IMG/VR virus record: IMGVR_UViG_3300044464_000108 | Span: 10,405 to 74,404 of that record | DNA: 64,000 bases | Direction: 5' to 3' (one strand) | Origin: a virus | In this document: piece after piece, positions 27,332 to 37,040 of the stretch | Layout: the number at the start of each line of letters is the position of its first letter | How positions within the stretch are numbered: the stretch's first letter is position 1 | Notes under the pieces: generated by a model | Told to the model about the DNA's origin: nothing | Seen by the model: the letters and a program-made list of their open reading frames with translations, nothing else | The model's database searches: none | Translations under genes and position numbers: made by a program

Positions 27332-27572
27332 ACTGAAGAAGCGGCGCTTCCTCGCTTCGTGCCGCTTGGACTTCGAGCTCTTCGGGTGGACAGCGGAGCT
27401 CAGTCGCAGCAAGCGCGCGAGCCTTGTACCAAGTTTGCTCTTGGACTTTGCATTGCCTGCCACTCATCCGATGCTGAAAGACCCAATAGACGGGGTGCGC
27501 GGAAGACGTCGAGGTCTTCTCGGAGGGTTCGGCACCATGCTTGATCTTCGTGGGTTTCGTGGGGCGCTTCAT
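27297..27572 (-). CDS. Small hypothetical antisense gene
   Basis: ATG at 27572 lies 6 nt after GCGCGTCATCAT; protein-like YWVFQHRMSGRQCKVQEQTWYKARALAATELRCPPEELEV. Confidence 0.5.
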   Translation of the reverse strand: MKRPTKPTKIKHGAEPSEKTSTSSAHPVYWVFQHRMSGRQCKVQEQTWYKARALAATELRCPPEELEVQAARSEEAPLLQFIASSRPASSG

Positions 27573-27589
27573 GATCGGATGATGACGCG

Positions 27590-28267
27590 CTAGCGCTTCA
27601 CGTGCCCGATCCCATCGAAGAAATGCTCGAACCGATCGAACGGGTCGGGCGCTTGATGCGGGTGCACGAACACGATCACGCTGGCGTGTGTGTTGCCGGA
27701 CTTGGGAGTGAAGAACCCATTCGAATCGATCGACAGAAACGAGATGCGACGGGAGGGAATGCAGAGGGGGAAGCGGGCGGCATGGGGAAGGATGCCGCCG
27801 GGCCCGCCTCCCAAGAGCTCTTGGGAGGCGGGATTGACTTGGGTCGTTTGCAGGATCTCGATTGAGAACCCAAGAAAGATCGCGGCGCTGACTCGTCCTA
27901 AGTGAAACTCGCTCACGAGCTTGAACCACCATGCTTTCGCGCTCGACTGCACGGGCCCTTTGCATTCCGACCCGTCTTCGTAGAAGGCACCCTTGTGACC
28001 CTTCACACGGTGGACTTCCACTCCTCGAAAGTCGCAGATGCCGCCGGGAGGATTGAGAAAGACGCGTCCATGCCAGGGTTGAACGAAGCCGTTGTTCGCC
28101 TTCGAGTAGAAGCCTCTTGCCTTGACACTGATCTCGTTCGCGCGAAGGCACGACGCGGGATCGAGATCGATCGCTCCGAGGGTTGAACGTGCAGCTTCGA
28201 CAATCTCGGGAGGAGTGAAGTGCTCGTTCGACTCGGAAGAGTGGCGCGATTTGGTTTTTTGAATCAT
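27590..28267 (-). CDS. Phage DNA N6-adenine methyltransferase (Dam-like family)
   Basis: NEHFTPPEIV...IDLDPAS...NGFVQPWHGRVFLNPPG motifs. Confidence 0.85.
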   Translation of the reverse strand: MIQKTKSRHSSESNEHFTPPEIVEAARSTLGAIDLDPASCLRANEISVKARGFYSKANNGFVQPWHGRVFLNPPGGICDFRGVEVHRVKGHKGAFYEDGSECKGPVQSSAKAWWFKLVSEFHLGRVSAAIFLGFSIEILQTTQVNPASQELLGGGPGGILPHAARFPLCIPSRRISFLSIDSNGFFTPKSGNTHASVIVFVHPHQAPDPFDRFEHFFDGIGHVKR

Positions 28268-28273
28268 GCGGAG

Positions 28274-28328
28274 ATGATGACGCGAGGTCTGCGCTCGGAA
28301 GATCGATCTTCCGAAGGGGTGCTAGCCT
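28274..28328. promoter_or_regulatory. Divergent promoter pair flanking palindrome copy 5
   Basis: Minus-strand CATCAT (28274-28279) is 6 nt before the MTase ATG; plus-strand TGcTAGCCT (28323-28328) is 7 nt before the baseplate GTG. Confidence 0.6.
28295..28314 (-). repeat. 20-bp palindrome copy 5 (reverse, between divergent genes)
   Basis: gc-TCGGAAGATCGATCTTCCGA-aggggt. Confidence 0.95.
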
Positions 28329-28335
28329 CCGAGCC

Positions 28336-30063
28336 GTGCGCGAGTACCCGATTCAAAGCTATTGGCCGTCCTGCAGGCTTCGTTTCATCGTTCGATTCGA
28401 CGAATTTGCGGCGCACAACCTCCCGCCCGTTCCGAAAAAACCCCCTCAAGTGCGGGGCGGTAAGTCGAAGGATCCCACGCTGCAGGTGAAGCAAGACGGC
28501 AACGCGTTCGTCATCGGGGGCGACACAGCCGACGGGACGAAGGGGGGACCGCAGAAGGCGACGAGCTCAAGCGACGGTCGCACGTTCGTGATCGATGGGA
28601 TCATCCCGAAGCGGTGCACGCTTCACCGGAACGGGATCCGTACCGCGGACACGCTTTCCGCGGAACTCTCGTTCGCCGATCTGCCGTTCGATCCTCGTGT
28701 GCTTCGCGCAGTTGCGGTCGAAGCGTTCCTCGGCTCCCTAAACGAGCAAGACTTTCAACGGGGTGTAGCAGGTGCAGCGCCGGGCGAGCATGGACCGAAC
28801 GATGCCGAGCCGTTGCTCGTGCTCCCCGAAACGTTCAAAGACGGTCAAGGGCGCACACGATCCAACCTTCGCTTCCAGGGCTGGATCGATGAATGGGAAA
28901 CATCGTTCGCCGACGGAACGCCGATGGTGAAGATCGAGTGCACGGACAACACCCGTTTGCTCATTGAGCAAGAAGCTCCGCCCAAACTCACGATGTCCCC
29001 CGACAAGACAATCGATCGAGCCATCGCGGATTACTTGTCGAACTTCCCTCAGTTCCGTGGGCTCGCCGTCGAGTATCGCCCGGCGGGAATCTCGATCCCG
29101 ACGTTGAAAGGTGTGCTCGCGAAGACCGCCTACAAGCCGACCCTTGGGCCTTCCCCTCAAGGTGGCTCGAGCAAGCTCACGGTCTGGGACTACATCACGG
29201 ATGTTTGCGGAGCCGTGGGGCACACGGTGCGGATCGTGGGGATCACAATTGTGATCCAGCGCGCGCGCACGCTGTACGGCTCGAAGTTCGCCGGGCGTCC
29301 TGACGATCCCTTTGAGGGACGGATCTTGCCGAGCGGTCGACAGATCAACAACCGCCTGTTCGTGTACGGCCGCAACATCGACACGCTCTCGTTTAAGCGG
29401 AAGATCACGCGCTTCGGTCCGACGAACATCGAAGTGCGCTGCTACTCGGGCAAGCGGAAGAAGACGCTCGTCGTGCGCTTTCCGTTGAAGGGAGATCGCG
29501 TCGTGAAAGCGATCCCGGGGGATCAGACGGATCAGAAGTGGAGTGTCGTTCGCGTCACGGGCGTGGACGACGAAGCAACCCTTCGCGTTGTCGCGCAAGG
29601 CTATTACGAGAGCTTCGGCCGGAGCGAACTCGAGGTGAACTTCTCAACCAAGAACCTCGCGAGCTTTGGCGGAGACTCTTTGGATCCCGATTGCTTTGAT
29701 GCGGAAGCCGGCGACACGGTGGAGATCGAAGTCACGCGCGAGCAAGACTCCTACAACACGATCGCGTCCATCGAAGAGCAGGTCTCGACGCGCGCGGCCG
29801 ACTCGCTCAAAGCCATCGGCTACGACGCGAAGCTTGCGAACGCGTATCAGTCGGCAGTGAACAACGTCGGGTACCCCACGACGTTCAAGATTCGCGATCT
29901 CACGTTCGATTGGGATGACTCCGACGGCGTGAAGATCCACGGAACTGCGGTGAACTATGTCGAGGTGAGGAGCAACGCAAAGCTCCCCGACGGGGAAGAA
30001 CCGCCCGAAGCCGGCACGACAACCGCGAAGCCGGTCAAGGTCACAATCGAGGGCGAACTATGA
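28336..30063 (+). CDS. Baseplate hub / late control D-like protein
   Basis: ADTLSAELSF...FQGWIDEWE...IECTDNTRLL pattern; synteny. Confidence 0.7.
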   Translation: MREYPIQSYWPSCRLRFIVRFDEFAAHNLPPVPKKPPQVRGGKSKDPTLQVKQDGNAFVIGGDTADGTKGGPQKATSSSDGRTFVIDGIIPKRCTLHRNGIRTADTLSAELSFADLPFDPRVLRAVAVEAFLGSLNEQDFQRGVAGAAPGEHGPNDAEPLLVLPETFKDGQGRTRSNLRFQGWIDEWETSFADGTPMVKIECTDNTRLLIEQEAPPKLTMSPDKTIDRAIADYLSNFPQFRGLAVEYRPAGISIPTLKGVLAKTAYKPTLGPSPQGGSSKLTVWDYITDVCGAVGHTVRIVGITIVIQRARTLYGSKFAGRPDDPFEGRILPSGRQINNRLFVYGRNIDTLSFKRKITRFGPTNIEVRCYSGKRKKTLVVRFPLKGDRVVKAIPGDQTDQKWSVVRVTGVDDEATLRVVAQGYYESFGRSELEVNFSTKNLASFGGDSLDPDCFDAEAGDTVEIEVTREQDSYNTIASIEEQVSTRAADSLKAIGYDAKLANAYQSAVNNVGYPTTFKIRDLTFDWDDSDGVKIHGTAVNYVEVRSNAKLPDGEEPPEAGTTTAKPVKVTIEGEL

Positions 30064-31109
30064 GGCGCGGTCGTCCCCCGCCGCCCATGGATCAACGGAC
30101 GATCGCCGAAGCGTTCGTCTTTCCTGGCTCTGACCCGCGGCAATGGGTGAGCTACGGAACGGTCGACGACGACGACCCCGTGACGTTCGATCCCGACTAC
30201 GGGCCTTTGGTGGCGGTGACGCTGCAGCCGTCGAACAAGTCGGTGCATTGTCGCGTCGCAATGCCGTTCGCTGGCAATGGCGAGGGGGAATATCACCCAT
30301 TCGTCGCGGGGGACGAAGTGATCGTCCTGATCCCCGAAGGGGATGAGCGAGCGGATTGCGCGATCGTCGGTCGCTTCACGAACAGCATCGACAAGTTCCC
30401 GCTCGAGTCGGTCGGCGGACAAGATCCGACGAAGAACAACTTCGGGTTTCGCCGGTACCGCACGCCGTTCGTCGAAGAGGCGGCGGGCCCTTGGATGATT
30501 CGGCAGGCGACGACGGGCGCGCTTCTCAGCATCGACAAGAACGGCTCGCTTACGTTTCGCGATGGGGCGAAGGATGTGCTGCAGATGAGCGCCGACGTGT
30601 TCGGCTTTCAGTCCGCGGACTCGAAGTTCTTGATGCAGCTCGACTTGACCGGGGGACGTCTCACGTTGCAGGTGGACGACGCGTTGCTCACGATGACGAG
30701 CTCGCACGCGAGCCCGCAACAGAGCGCGATTGCTGTTCCGGGCATGTTCAAGCTGAGCGCGAAGGCGAACCCCGCGGGAGAGCATGTCCTCACGACGGAG
30801 GCGCTCGGGAACGTCCTTGCGGCTTTGATGACGACGATCTCGACGCTCTTCACGGCAGCGATTGCACCTTTGGTGACCCCCGCTCCCGGTGCGCCGCTCG
30901 GAGCTTTGATCTCGGCACCTCTTGCCATTGCGCTACTTCCCACGACGGTTGCAGCAGCCATGACGACAGCAGCCGCAGCGCCGCTCAATCCAGCCATCGC
31001 AGCGGCGATCTTTGCGGCTTTCTCGGCAGGCGCTCAGAAGCCTCCCCCTGTACCGGGGTCGGGACAGCTCTTGCCGGGTATCGGCTCGCCGGGTTTCTTG
31101 ACCGGGTGA
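30060..31109 (+). CDS. Baseplate spike (gpV/gp45-like) protein
   Basis: OB-fold-like N-terminus (GEYHPFVAGDEVIVLIPEGD...AIVGRF); Ala/Pro-rich tail. Confidence 0.75.
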   Translation: MRRGRPPPPMDQRTIAEAFVFPGSDPRQWVSYGTVDDDDPVTFDPDYGPLVAVTLQPSNKSVHCRVAMPFAGNGEGEYHPFVAGDEVIVLIPEGDERADCAIVGRFTNSIDKFPLESVGGQDPTKNNFGFRRYRTPFVEEAAGPWMIRQATTGALLSIDKNGSLTFRDGAKDVLQMSADVFGFQSADSKFLMQLDLTGGRLTLQVDDALLTMTSSHASPQQSAIAVPGMFKLSAKANPAGEHVLTTEALGNVLAALMTTISTLFTAAIAPLVTPAPGAPLGALISAPLAIALLPTTVAAAMTTAAAAPLNPAIAAAIFAAFSAGAQKPPPVPGSGQLLPGIGSPGFLTG

Positions 31110-31122
31110 TACCGTTGCCTCT

Positions 31123-31575
31123 GTGAAGCACGGGCATGTGAGCATTCGAAGCGGAAAGTGGAAAGCAACGCCGACTTATTCTTCGTGGAAGAGCATGAGA
31201 GCGCGATGCATGCACAAATCCAACCCGCGTTATCACCGCTATGGCGGTCGCGGCATCCGAGTCGCGAAGCGTTGGGATGACTTTCGATTGTTTCTTGCTG
31301 ATGTTGGCGAACGGCCTTCGCTGCAGCATTCGATCGGTCGAATCGATAATGATGGTCATTACGAGCCGGGAAACGTCGAATGGTCGACCGAACATGACCA
31401 GCAACGGAATCGATCCAACAACCGTCGGATCACGTTCGACGGTAAAACAATGGTTGTGACCGATTGGGCGAAGAAGTTGGGTATCGATCCGAGACGAATC
31501 TTCGCTCGGTTGGCGAAGGGATGGTCGGAAGAAAGAGCCGTAACGACAGTCCGCGCAACGCGGTGGGGAGGGTAG
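31123..31575 (+). CDS. Free-standing HNH-family homing endonuclease
   Basis: SWKSMRARC...YHRYGGRGIRV..RW..F..FLAD.GERP...SIGRIDNDGHYEPGNVEW pattern. Confidence 0.85.
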   Translation: MKHGHVSIRSGKWKATPTYSSWKSMRARCMHKSNPRYHRYGGRGIRVAKRWDDFRLFLADVGERPSLQHSIGRIDNDGHYEPGNVEWSTEHDQQRNRSNNRRITFDGKTMVVTDWAKKLGIDPRRIFARLAKGWSEERAVTTVRATRWGG

Positions 31576-31648
31576 CGTCATCGGATTCCCCCCGCCGCCG
31601 GATGGTCCGTCCCCCGAAATAAAAGCCGGGATCGATCTTGATGTCTCG

Positions 31649-31879
31649 ATGGCACCGAGTCCTTCGGGCTTCGAACTTTGCGGCTTCAAGTTCCCGCCGA
31701 TCTTCAACTTCAACATCTCGTTCAACTTCAGCTTTCCGTTCGACTTTCAGTTCCCTCCGACGTTTTTCTTTGCGATCTCGCTCAAGTGCGATCTGTCGGA
31801 TCCGCTCGATGTGGACTTCGGTTTCGGCGGGGGACGCGTTGGATCACGCGATTTGAATGCAGATCCGGAATTCGATTGA
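31649..31879 (+). CDS. Small Phe/Pro-rich hypothetical protein
   Basis: ORF in the baseplate region with low-complexity F/P repeats. Confidence 0.45.
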   Translation: MAPSPSGFELCGFKFPPIFNFNISFNFSFPFDFQFPPTFFFAISLKCDLSDPLDVDFGFGGGRVGSRDLNADPEFD

Positions 31880-31944
31880 AGGAGGATCCCGACGTCAAGA
31901 ATTAGTCGGGGGATGTGCGCAGCGAACGGGGGTAAGCCTTGGGG

Positions 31945-32277
31945 ATGGCAAACGCAAACCCAAGAGCACTCGACATCACGCTCGACGACATGTCGCCCGA
32001 TTGCAGCGCTCCCCGTTACAAGGCGGCTGCCGATGCGTTGATCGAAGAGTTGAAGGTCATCCAACAATCGCGGGGCACATCCGAGCTTGCGCAAGCGTTT
32101 CACAGCAAGGCGATCGAGTATGCGAACGACTTCGCAAAGTGGACGCCGGATGCACTCCCCGACCTTGAGAGCCGGAGCCTGACCCAAGCGTCTTTCATCG
32201 CGTTCCGGGACAAGGTGCAGAAGTTTCTCGCGACGTATCGGAGTGGGCTTCGGAAGATCGATCTTCCGAAGGAGTGA
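31945..32277 (+). CDS. Hypothetical protein ending in palindrome copy 6
   Basis: Helical protein-like ORF; its last codons (RKIDLPKE) come from the palindrome. Confidence 0.5.
   Translation: MANANPRALDITLDDMSPDCSAPRYKAAADALIEELKVIQQSRGTSELAQAFHSKAIEYANDFAKWTPDALPDLESRSLTQASFIAFRDKVQKFLATYRSGLRKIDLPKE
32250..32269 (-). repeat. 20-bp palindrome copy 6 (reverse)
   Basis: ct-TCGGAAGATCGATCTTCCGA-aggagt. Confidence 0.95.
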
Positions 32278-32305
32278 CCCGAGCCGGTGTTAGGCTCGGC
32301 GCATC

Positions 32306-33085
32306 ATGGCGGTTTCGATCATCATCAACCAAGCAGCCGCACCTCCCGGAGTTGCCGGGAAAGCGCGGGAAGATCTCGCAACGGGGGTTGATGTCGCGCT
32401 GTCTCTCGCGGGCGGGCCCTTCCTCGCACAACAATGGTCGTTCGTTCACAAGCCGATCGACATCTTCGCGGGGGTCGCGAGCTCCGCAGCGCTCGTGACT
32501 CCTGCAGCCGCAACGACCCTCGTCTCCCCGATCAACGTGCCGGGCACGCACTTCGTGCAGGTCGTCGTCAATTCGGGGGCGGGGCTCGGCGCGAGTGCGA
32601 ACGATATCTCGCGCATCACGTTCTATTGCGGCCCGACGCTCAACATCGCGCCCGAAAAACTCCCGCGCCGCATTCCTGGGTTTCAAGAAACGACCGAACA
32701 CAACGTCAATGATGTGATCAGCCCGATCGGGAATCCCGAGGGATGGTCGCGCGAGTGGTACCGATGGTTTGCAGCAATTCAGCGGCTCTATGACGGGCGC
32801 GTTTGGGCCGGCGGCCGGATTGCTCTCACGGGTGCAGGCGCTGTCATCACGCGCGCGTTCAACATCACGAGCGCGGTTCGCACGGCGCAAGGTGTCGTCG
32901 ATCTCACGTTCACCAACCCGATGCTGGACGCGCTGTACGGCGTGACGGCGAGCCCGCGCAACGGTGCGGGTTTCATCTCGAACATCTCGGGCGAGACGGT
33001 GAACAAGTTCACGCTCACGCGCGCGAATGCGGCCGGCGCAGCAACGGATCTCGACTTCTCCTTTGCCGTTTTGATGGGGACCTAA
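32306..33085 (+). CDS. Baseplate/tail-associated structural protein
   Basis: Beta-rich; C-terminal AVRTAQGVVDLTFTNPM.DALYGVTAS resembles fibre tip/head domains. Confidence 0.55.
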   Translation: MAVSIIINQAAAPPGVAGKAREDLATGVDVALSLAGGPFLAQQWSFVHKPIDIFAGVASSAALVTPAAATTLVSPINVPGTHFVQVVVNSGAGLGASANDISRITFYCGPTLNIAPEKLPRRIPGFQETTEHNVNDVISPIGNPEGWSREWYRWFAAIQRLYDGRVWAGGRIALTGAGAVITRAFNITSAVRTAQGVVDLTFTNPMLDALYGVTASPRNGAGFISNISGETVNKFTLTRANAAGAATDLDFSFAVLMGT

Positions 33086-33086
33086 C

Positions 33087-33983
33087 GTGGCCGGATGGGG
33101 TGCGGGCAGCGGTGCGATCCCGACAACGGGTTGGGGTGGCACGGGTTGGGGTGGCGGTGGGGCCGGTTCGCAGCTCGAGCTGAATGATGCTTTCGTGATC
33201 GCGGAAAACGTGGTTCGACTGCAGTTCAATCAAGCGGTTCGGTTCACAAAGTTGCTCGACTACACGGACGCTTCGAATCGAAAGCGTTACTCCCTCGTCG
33301 CGGTCGACGGCAGCAAGGGGAACGACGATCTACCCGCGCGCCGCGTGAACCCTTCGGAAGCCGAGCAAGCCGGTGGGGGTGGCACCCTGATCGATCTCAC
33401 GACGGATCGATTCTTCAGCCCGTTCCCTGCTCAATATCAAGTCAGCGTGAACGGGCTTGTCTCGAGTTCGGGGAACATCTTGAGTGCGACTTTCACGTCT
33501 CGCGTGTTCTTTGCGGTGCAGCGCGGGATCAAGCCGCCGAGCGCCGACAATGCCGTCCCGCGCCGCGACTTCGCGAACCCGCAAACGTTGCAAGCGCTCA
33601 TTGGGCTTCCGAGTCTCGACCCTGCTTTGCTCGGCTCGTTCACGGTCGACGGGACGGGGGATTACGCGGCCGATCAAGGAAGCGTGAGCTACAAGAAGCG
33701 CCTCTTCCGCCGGCTCACGACACGCAAGGGAGCCTTTGCGCATCTGCCGACGTACGGCGTAGGGCTTCCCGACGACGTGAAGAAGCTCGGGCGCGCGGGA
33801 TTCGTGCAAGCGCTCGCGTCGGATTGTGAAGCGCAGATTCGCCAAGAGCCGGAGACGCTCGACGTTGGTGTTCTCGTCGTGCAGGCGACCACGCCGGGGC
33901 TTTGGTTCTTGAGGGTGCGAGCTCGCACGAACACCGGCGACGATCAAAACCTTGATGTGCCGATCCTGGTAGGAGCTAGCTGA
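33087..33983 (+). CDS. Baseplate wedge protein (Ig-like N-terminus plus gp25/gpW-like C-terminus)
   Basis: C-terminal RRLTTRKGAFAHLPTYGVGL...EAQIRQEPE fits a gp25-like fold; precedes the J-like gene. Confidence 0.7.
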   Translation: MAGWGAGSGAIPTTGWGGTGWGGGGAGSQLELNDAFVIAENVVRLQFNQAVRFTKLLDYTDASNRKRYSLVAVDGSKGNDDLPARRVNPSEAEQAGGGGTLIDLTTDRFFSPFPAQYQVSVNGLVSSSGNILSATFTSRVFFAVQRGIKPPSADNAVPRRDFANPQTLQALIGLPSLDPALLGSFTVDGTGDYAADQGSVSYKKRLFRRLTTRKGAFAHLPTYGVGLPDDVKKLGRAGFVQALASDCEAQIRQEPETLDVGVLVVQATTPGLWFLRVRARTNTGDDQNLDVPILVGAS

Positions 33984-33986
33984 GCA

Positions 33987-35090
33987 ATGCCCGAGATCCT
34001 CTCTCGACTCGACTGCTACCAGATCGGGCGCAGCTACCTCGTAGCGCGCGCGAAGAAGATCGATCCAACCCGGGTCGACGTCGCGGGCAGCGATGCGAAC
34101 TTGTTCGTCGGATCGCAATCGTTCGTCGCGGCAGCGATTGCGCAGCAGCTCGCCGACAGACTCGACGCGGTGTTTCTCGCGAGCGCTGTCGGTGAAGATC
34201 TCGATCGATGGGGTTTCGACCGCTACGAGATGACCCGCAAGGGAGCGCAAGCAGCGGTGACACCGGTGCGTTTTTATCGAACGACGGCGCTTGCCGGGGG
34301 AGGTTCGATCCCGCTCGGCACAAAGATCGTGAGCTTGTCGAACATCGAATACATCACGACGACGACGGCAACGTTTGCCGCGTCCGACCTTTCGCAAACG
34401 GCGAACGCTCGCGCGGTGCAAGCGGGGCGCGACTTCCAAGTCGGCAAAAACCAGATCCAGCGAATCCAGAAGCCGGCGGCGCTCTTCGATCCGTCGATGC
34501 AGGTCAACAATGATGTTCCGAGCTCGGGCGGTGACGATCGCGAGCTCGACCCCGACTACAAGCAACGGCTTCGCAAGTTCTGGCGCGCGCAACGGCGGGG
34601 GACGAAGGGAGCGATCGAGTTTGGGGCAACAACGGTTGTTGCGAGTGCGAACGCGACGGAGGCTCTTAACGGGCTCGGACAACCCGCGCGCGTCGTGACT
34701 CTCTTCATCGCGGATGCCGCCGGGGTTGCCAACGCAGCGCTCGCGAAAGAGGTCGACAATGTGCTCCTCGATTGGCGTGCGTGCGGCATCGCAGTGATCA
34801 CGTCGACAAGCGTTCCGCAGATCGTCCCGCTACAGCTTCGACTCGCGTTCGGTGCAGCCGTGGACACCGAGTCGCTCACCGAGTCGATCGTTGCTGCGCT
34901 CGTCGAATACGTGAACTCGCTCCCCGTGAACGGGATCCTGTACCGCGGCAACCTCTTCAGCGTGCTTTCGCGCTTCAAGAGCTCGGGGCTTCTGCCCGAT
35001 CAGGGGACGATCGTTTTGCCGAGTGGGGATCTTGTGCCGGCGGTGGGGCGCACGCTTCGGACGACGGTCGGCAACGTGACTGTGCTTTAA
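33987..35090 (+). CDS. Baseplate J-like protein
   Basis: AVGEDLDRWG...RKGAQAA...GGDDRELDPDYKQRLR...RRGTKGAIE motifs. Confidence 0.85.
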   Translation: MPEILSRLDCYQIGRSYLVARAKKIDPTRVDVAGSDANLFVGSQSFVAAAIAQQLADRLDAVFLASAVGEDLDRWGFDRYEMTRKGAQAAVTPVRFYRTTALAGGGSIPLGTKIVSLSNIEYITTTTATFAASDLSQTANARAVQAGRDFQVGKNQIQRIQKPAALFDPSMQVNNDVPSSGGDDRELDPDYKQRLRKFWRAQRRGTKGAIEFGATTVVASANATEALNGLGQPARVVTLFIADAAGVANAALAKEVDNVLLDWRACGIAVITSTSVPQIVPLQLRLAFGAAVDTESLTESIVAALVEYVNSLPVNGILYRGNLFSVLSRFKSSGLLPDQGTIVLPSGDLVPAVGRTLRTTVGNVTVL

Positions 35091-35100
35091 GCTTCGCTGC

Positions 35101-36930
35101 ATGGCAGTAGAACCGAAGACGGGCCCGCTCTCGATTGCGGAGCTGGAAGCACTTTGGAAGAGCGTTACGGATCAAGGCTATTGGCGGCCCCTCGTCGAGA
35201 AAGGCGAAGGCACGGGTTACGAGGCACACACCCAAGCGTTCGCCCAATTCGCACGCGTGAGCGAAGCGGTAGATCGAACGACGCAAGCTCTCTTCATCCG
35301 CCCATGGTCGGGACAGAGCGGCGAGCCGGCGGGGGGGCAGCAGAACGCGACGGTGGCGATTACGTTCACGCGCACGGGTAACTTTCAGCGACCGATCACG
35401 ATCGCGAAGGGGTTGCTCGTCGAACAGGTGACGACCGACTACAGCACGACGGGCCCGATCGAAGTGACGACGGGACGTGCTTACGTCCTCGCATCGGACG
35501 TGATCTTCGGTGTCGGCGAGCCTGGCCCGATCACGGTGACAGCTCTCGCCGATCGTCCGGGCTACGGTTACAACCTCCCGCCGCCGGGGGACATCTCGCG
35601 GCTTGTGCAGGTTGCAGCCGGAGCGACGAACGACTTCGCAACGGTCGTCGTTGGGGTTGCAGCGCATCGGCTGCAGGTGGGCATCGATCCGGACGTCGTG
35701 CTCCCCGAACACGTTGGGCAATACGTGCAGTTCGTGTCAGGCGCGAACCTCGGGCAGGTGCGGAGGATCGTGGGGTACGAAGAGCCAACGGTTGGTGTGA
35801 ACGGCGGAACGGCTTTGCTAGCGCCGACGGGCGTCTTCCACATCAGTGCGAGTGCCGGTACTCCCATCGTCGGCGAGCCGGTGATCCAGAACGTGACCCT
35901 CGCGACCGGCTTCTTTACGAAGCGCGCGAATGGCTACCTCGTGATCGAAAAGACAGGAGGCACCTTCGACGCGACGCACGCGATCATTGGGCAGCTCAGC
36001 GGAGCGAGCACGACCCCGGATGCCATTGTGCAATCCCCCAATCTCGTGGCCGAAGTGGGGACCGCTTCGTGGGTAATCCTCGATTGGGTTTCCGACTTGC
36101 AGATCATCACGACGAATGCCGCCTCTCCGACGGGAGGAAGGTCGGCGATGCTCGATCAGGTCGGTGATGAGCGTGAGACCTATCGGACCTCGGGTGAGGA
36201 CGACGACACGTATCGCGAGCGCGTGGCGACAGCCCCTGATGTCGTGAGTCCGCCGGCAATCCAACGCGCGGCGAACCGTGTACTTGCTCCGATTGGAGCG
36301 ACGGCGTGTTTGCGCGAAGTCGGGCTCGAGCGGATGCGCGGTTTCTTCTATGACGGCAACCCTTCGAGTGCAGCGCTCGAGCTCGCGTTCGCTTACGACC
36401 TCGACTTCGTGTTCATGGTTTGCGCTGGCGCATTCTTGGAAGGGGAGCTCATCACGCAAACGGTGGCCGGAGTGGTCGCAAGCGGACGCGCGGTGCTCGA
36501 CCTCCAAACAGCGGTGCCGCCTCTTCCCGCACCGATTCCTTCCGTGACTCTTGGCGGGGTTGTGGGGGTGCACGGAACGTTCGTCGCAGGCCAACCCATC
36601 GTGGGGCACGACTCCGGAACGGTGGCCATCCCGGCGATCGTTGTGAGCTTCCCCGTGCAGCCTTTGCACAAGTGGCTCACCTATTTCGATTACACGGAGA
36701 TGCGCGCGTTCTTTTTGATCGGGGTGCCGGAGCTCGGGATCGGGGACTTCGGTTTCGCCTTTGACACGGGGGTGAGCAACGCCTACGACGCGAACCCTTT
36801 CCCGGCGTTCTTCGATGGGAGTCCGACCGGAAACGCGAGTGTTTATCGCGCGGTGTGGCAAGCGGTAGATCCCGCTCGAGCGTATGGGGTCGGCTTCGAT
36901 CTCTACATCGAGCGGTTCGGCTGCACGTAG
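35101..36930 (+). CDS. Baseplate protein (second J/I-like wedge subunit with insertions)
   Basis: MLDQVGDER...RTSGEDDDTYRERV motif; follows the J-like gene. Confidence 0.65.
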   Translation: MAVEPKTGPLSIAELEALWKSVTDQGYWRPLVEKGEGTGYEAHTQAFAQFARVSEAVDRTTQALFIRPWSGQSGEPAGGQQNATVAITFTRTGNFQRPITIAKGLLVEQVTTDYSTTGPIEVTTGRAYVLASDVIFGVGEPGPITVTALADRPGYGYNLPPPGDISRLVQVAAGATNDFATVVVGVAAHRLQVGIDPDVVLPEHVGQYVQFVSGANLGQVRRIVGYEEPTVGVNGGTALLAPTGVFHISASAGTPIVGEPVIQNVTLATGFFTKRANGYLVIEKTGGTFDATHAIIGQLSGASTTPDAIVQSPNLVAEVGTASWVILDWVSDLQIITTNAASPTGGRSAMLDQVGDERETYRTSGEDDDTYRERVATAPDVVSPPAIQRAANRVLAPIGATACLREVGLERMRGFFYDGNPSSAALELAFAYDLDFVFMVCAGAFLEGELITQTVAGVVASGRAVLDLQTAVPPLPAPIPSVTLGGVVGVHGTFVAGQPIVGHDSGTVAIPAIVVSFPVQPLHKWLTYFDYTEMRAFFLIGVPELGIGDFGFAFDTGVSNAYDANPFPAFFDGSPTGNASVYRAVWQAVDPARAYGVGFDLYIERFGCT

Positions 36931-37040
36931 GGAGTCCCCCGAATCCGGGCAATCGATGGTCGAGATCGGGCAACGCGATCCCGACACCATGCAAAAGAAG
37001 AGACGAAGTTCGCCGGCATACCGAGTGCTAAGGTTCGCCT

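Noticed and set aside
31111-31575. Group I intron around the HNH gene (5' side ends in T, 3' side ends in G, and an in-frame join is possible)
   Set aside because: The HNH ORF fills nearly the whole interval, leaving no room for a ribozyme core, and it has its own promoter-like box.
31567-31648. Non-canonical ATC start at 31580 behind a GGAGG, extending ORF 31649 upstream
   Set aside because: The GGAGG lies within the HNH coding end and a TAGCGT -10-like box gives an alternative explanation; it cannot be supported without Ribo-seq.
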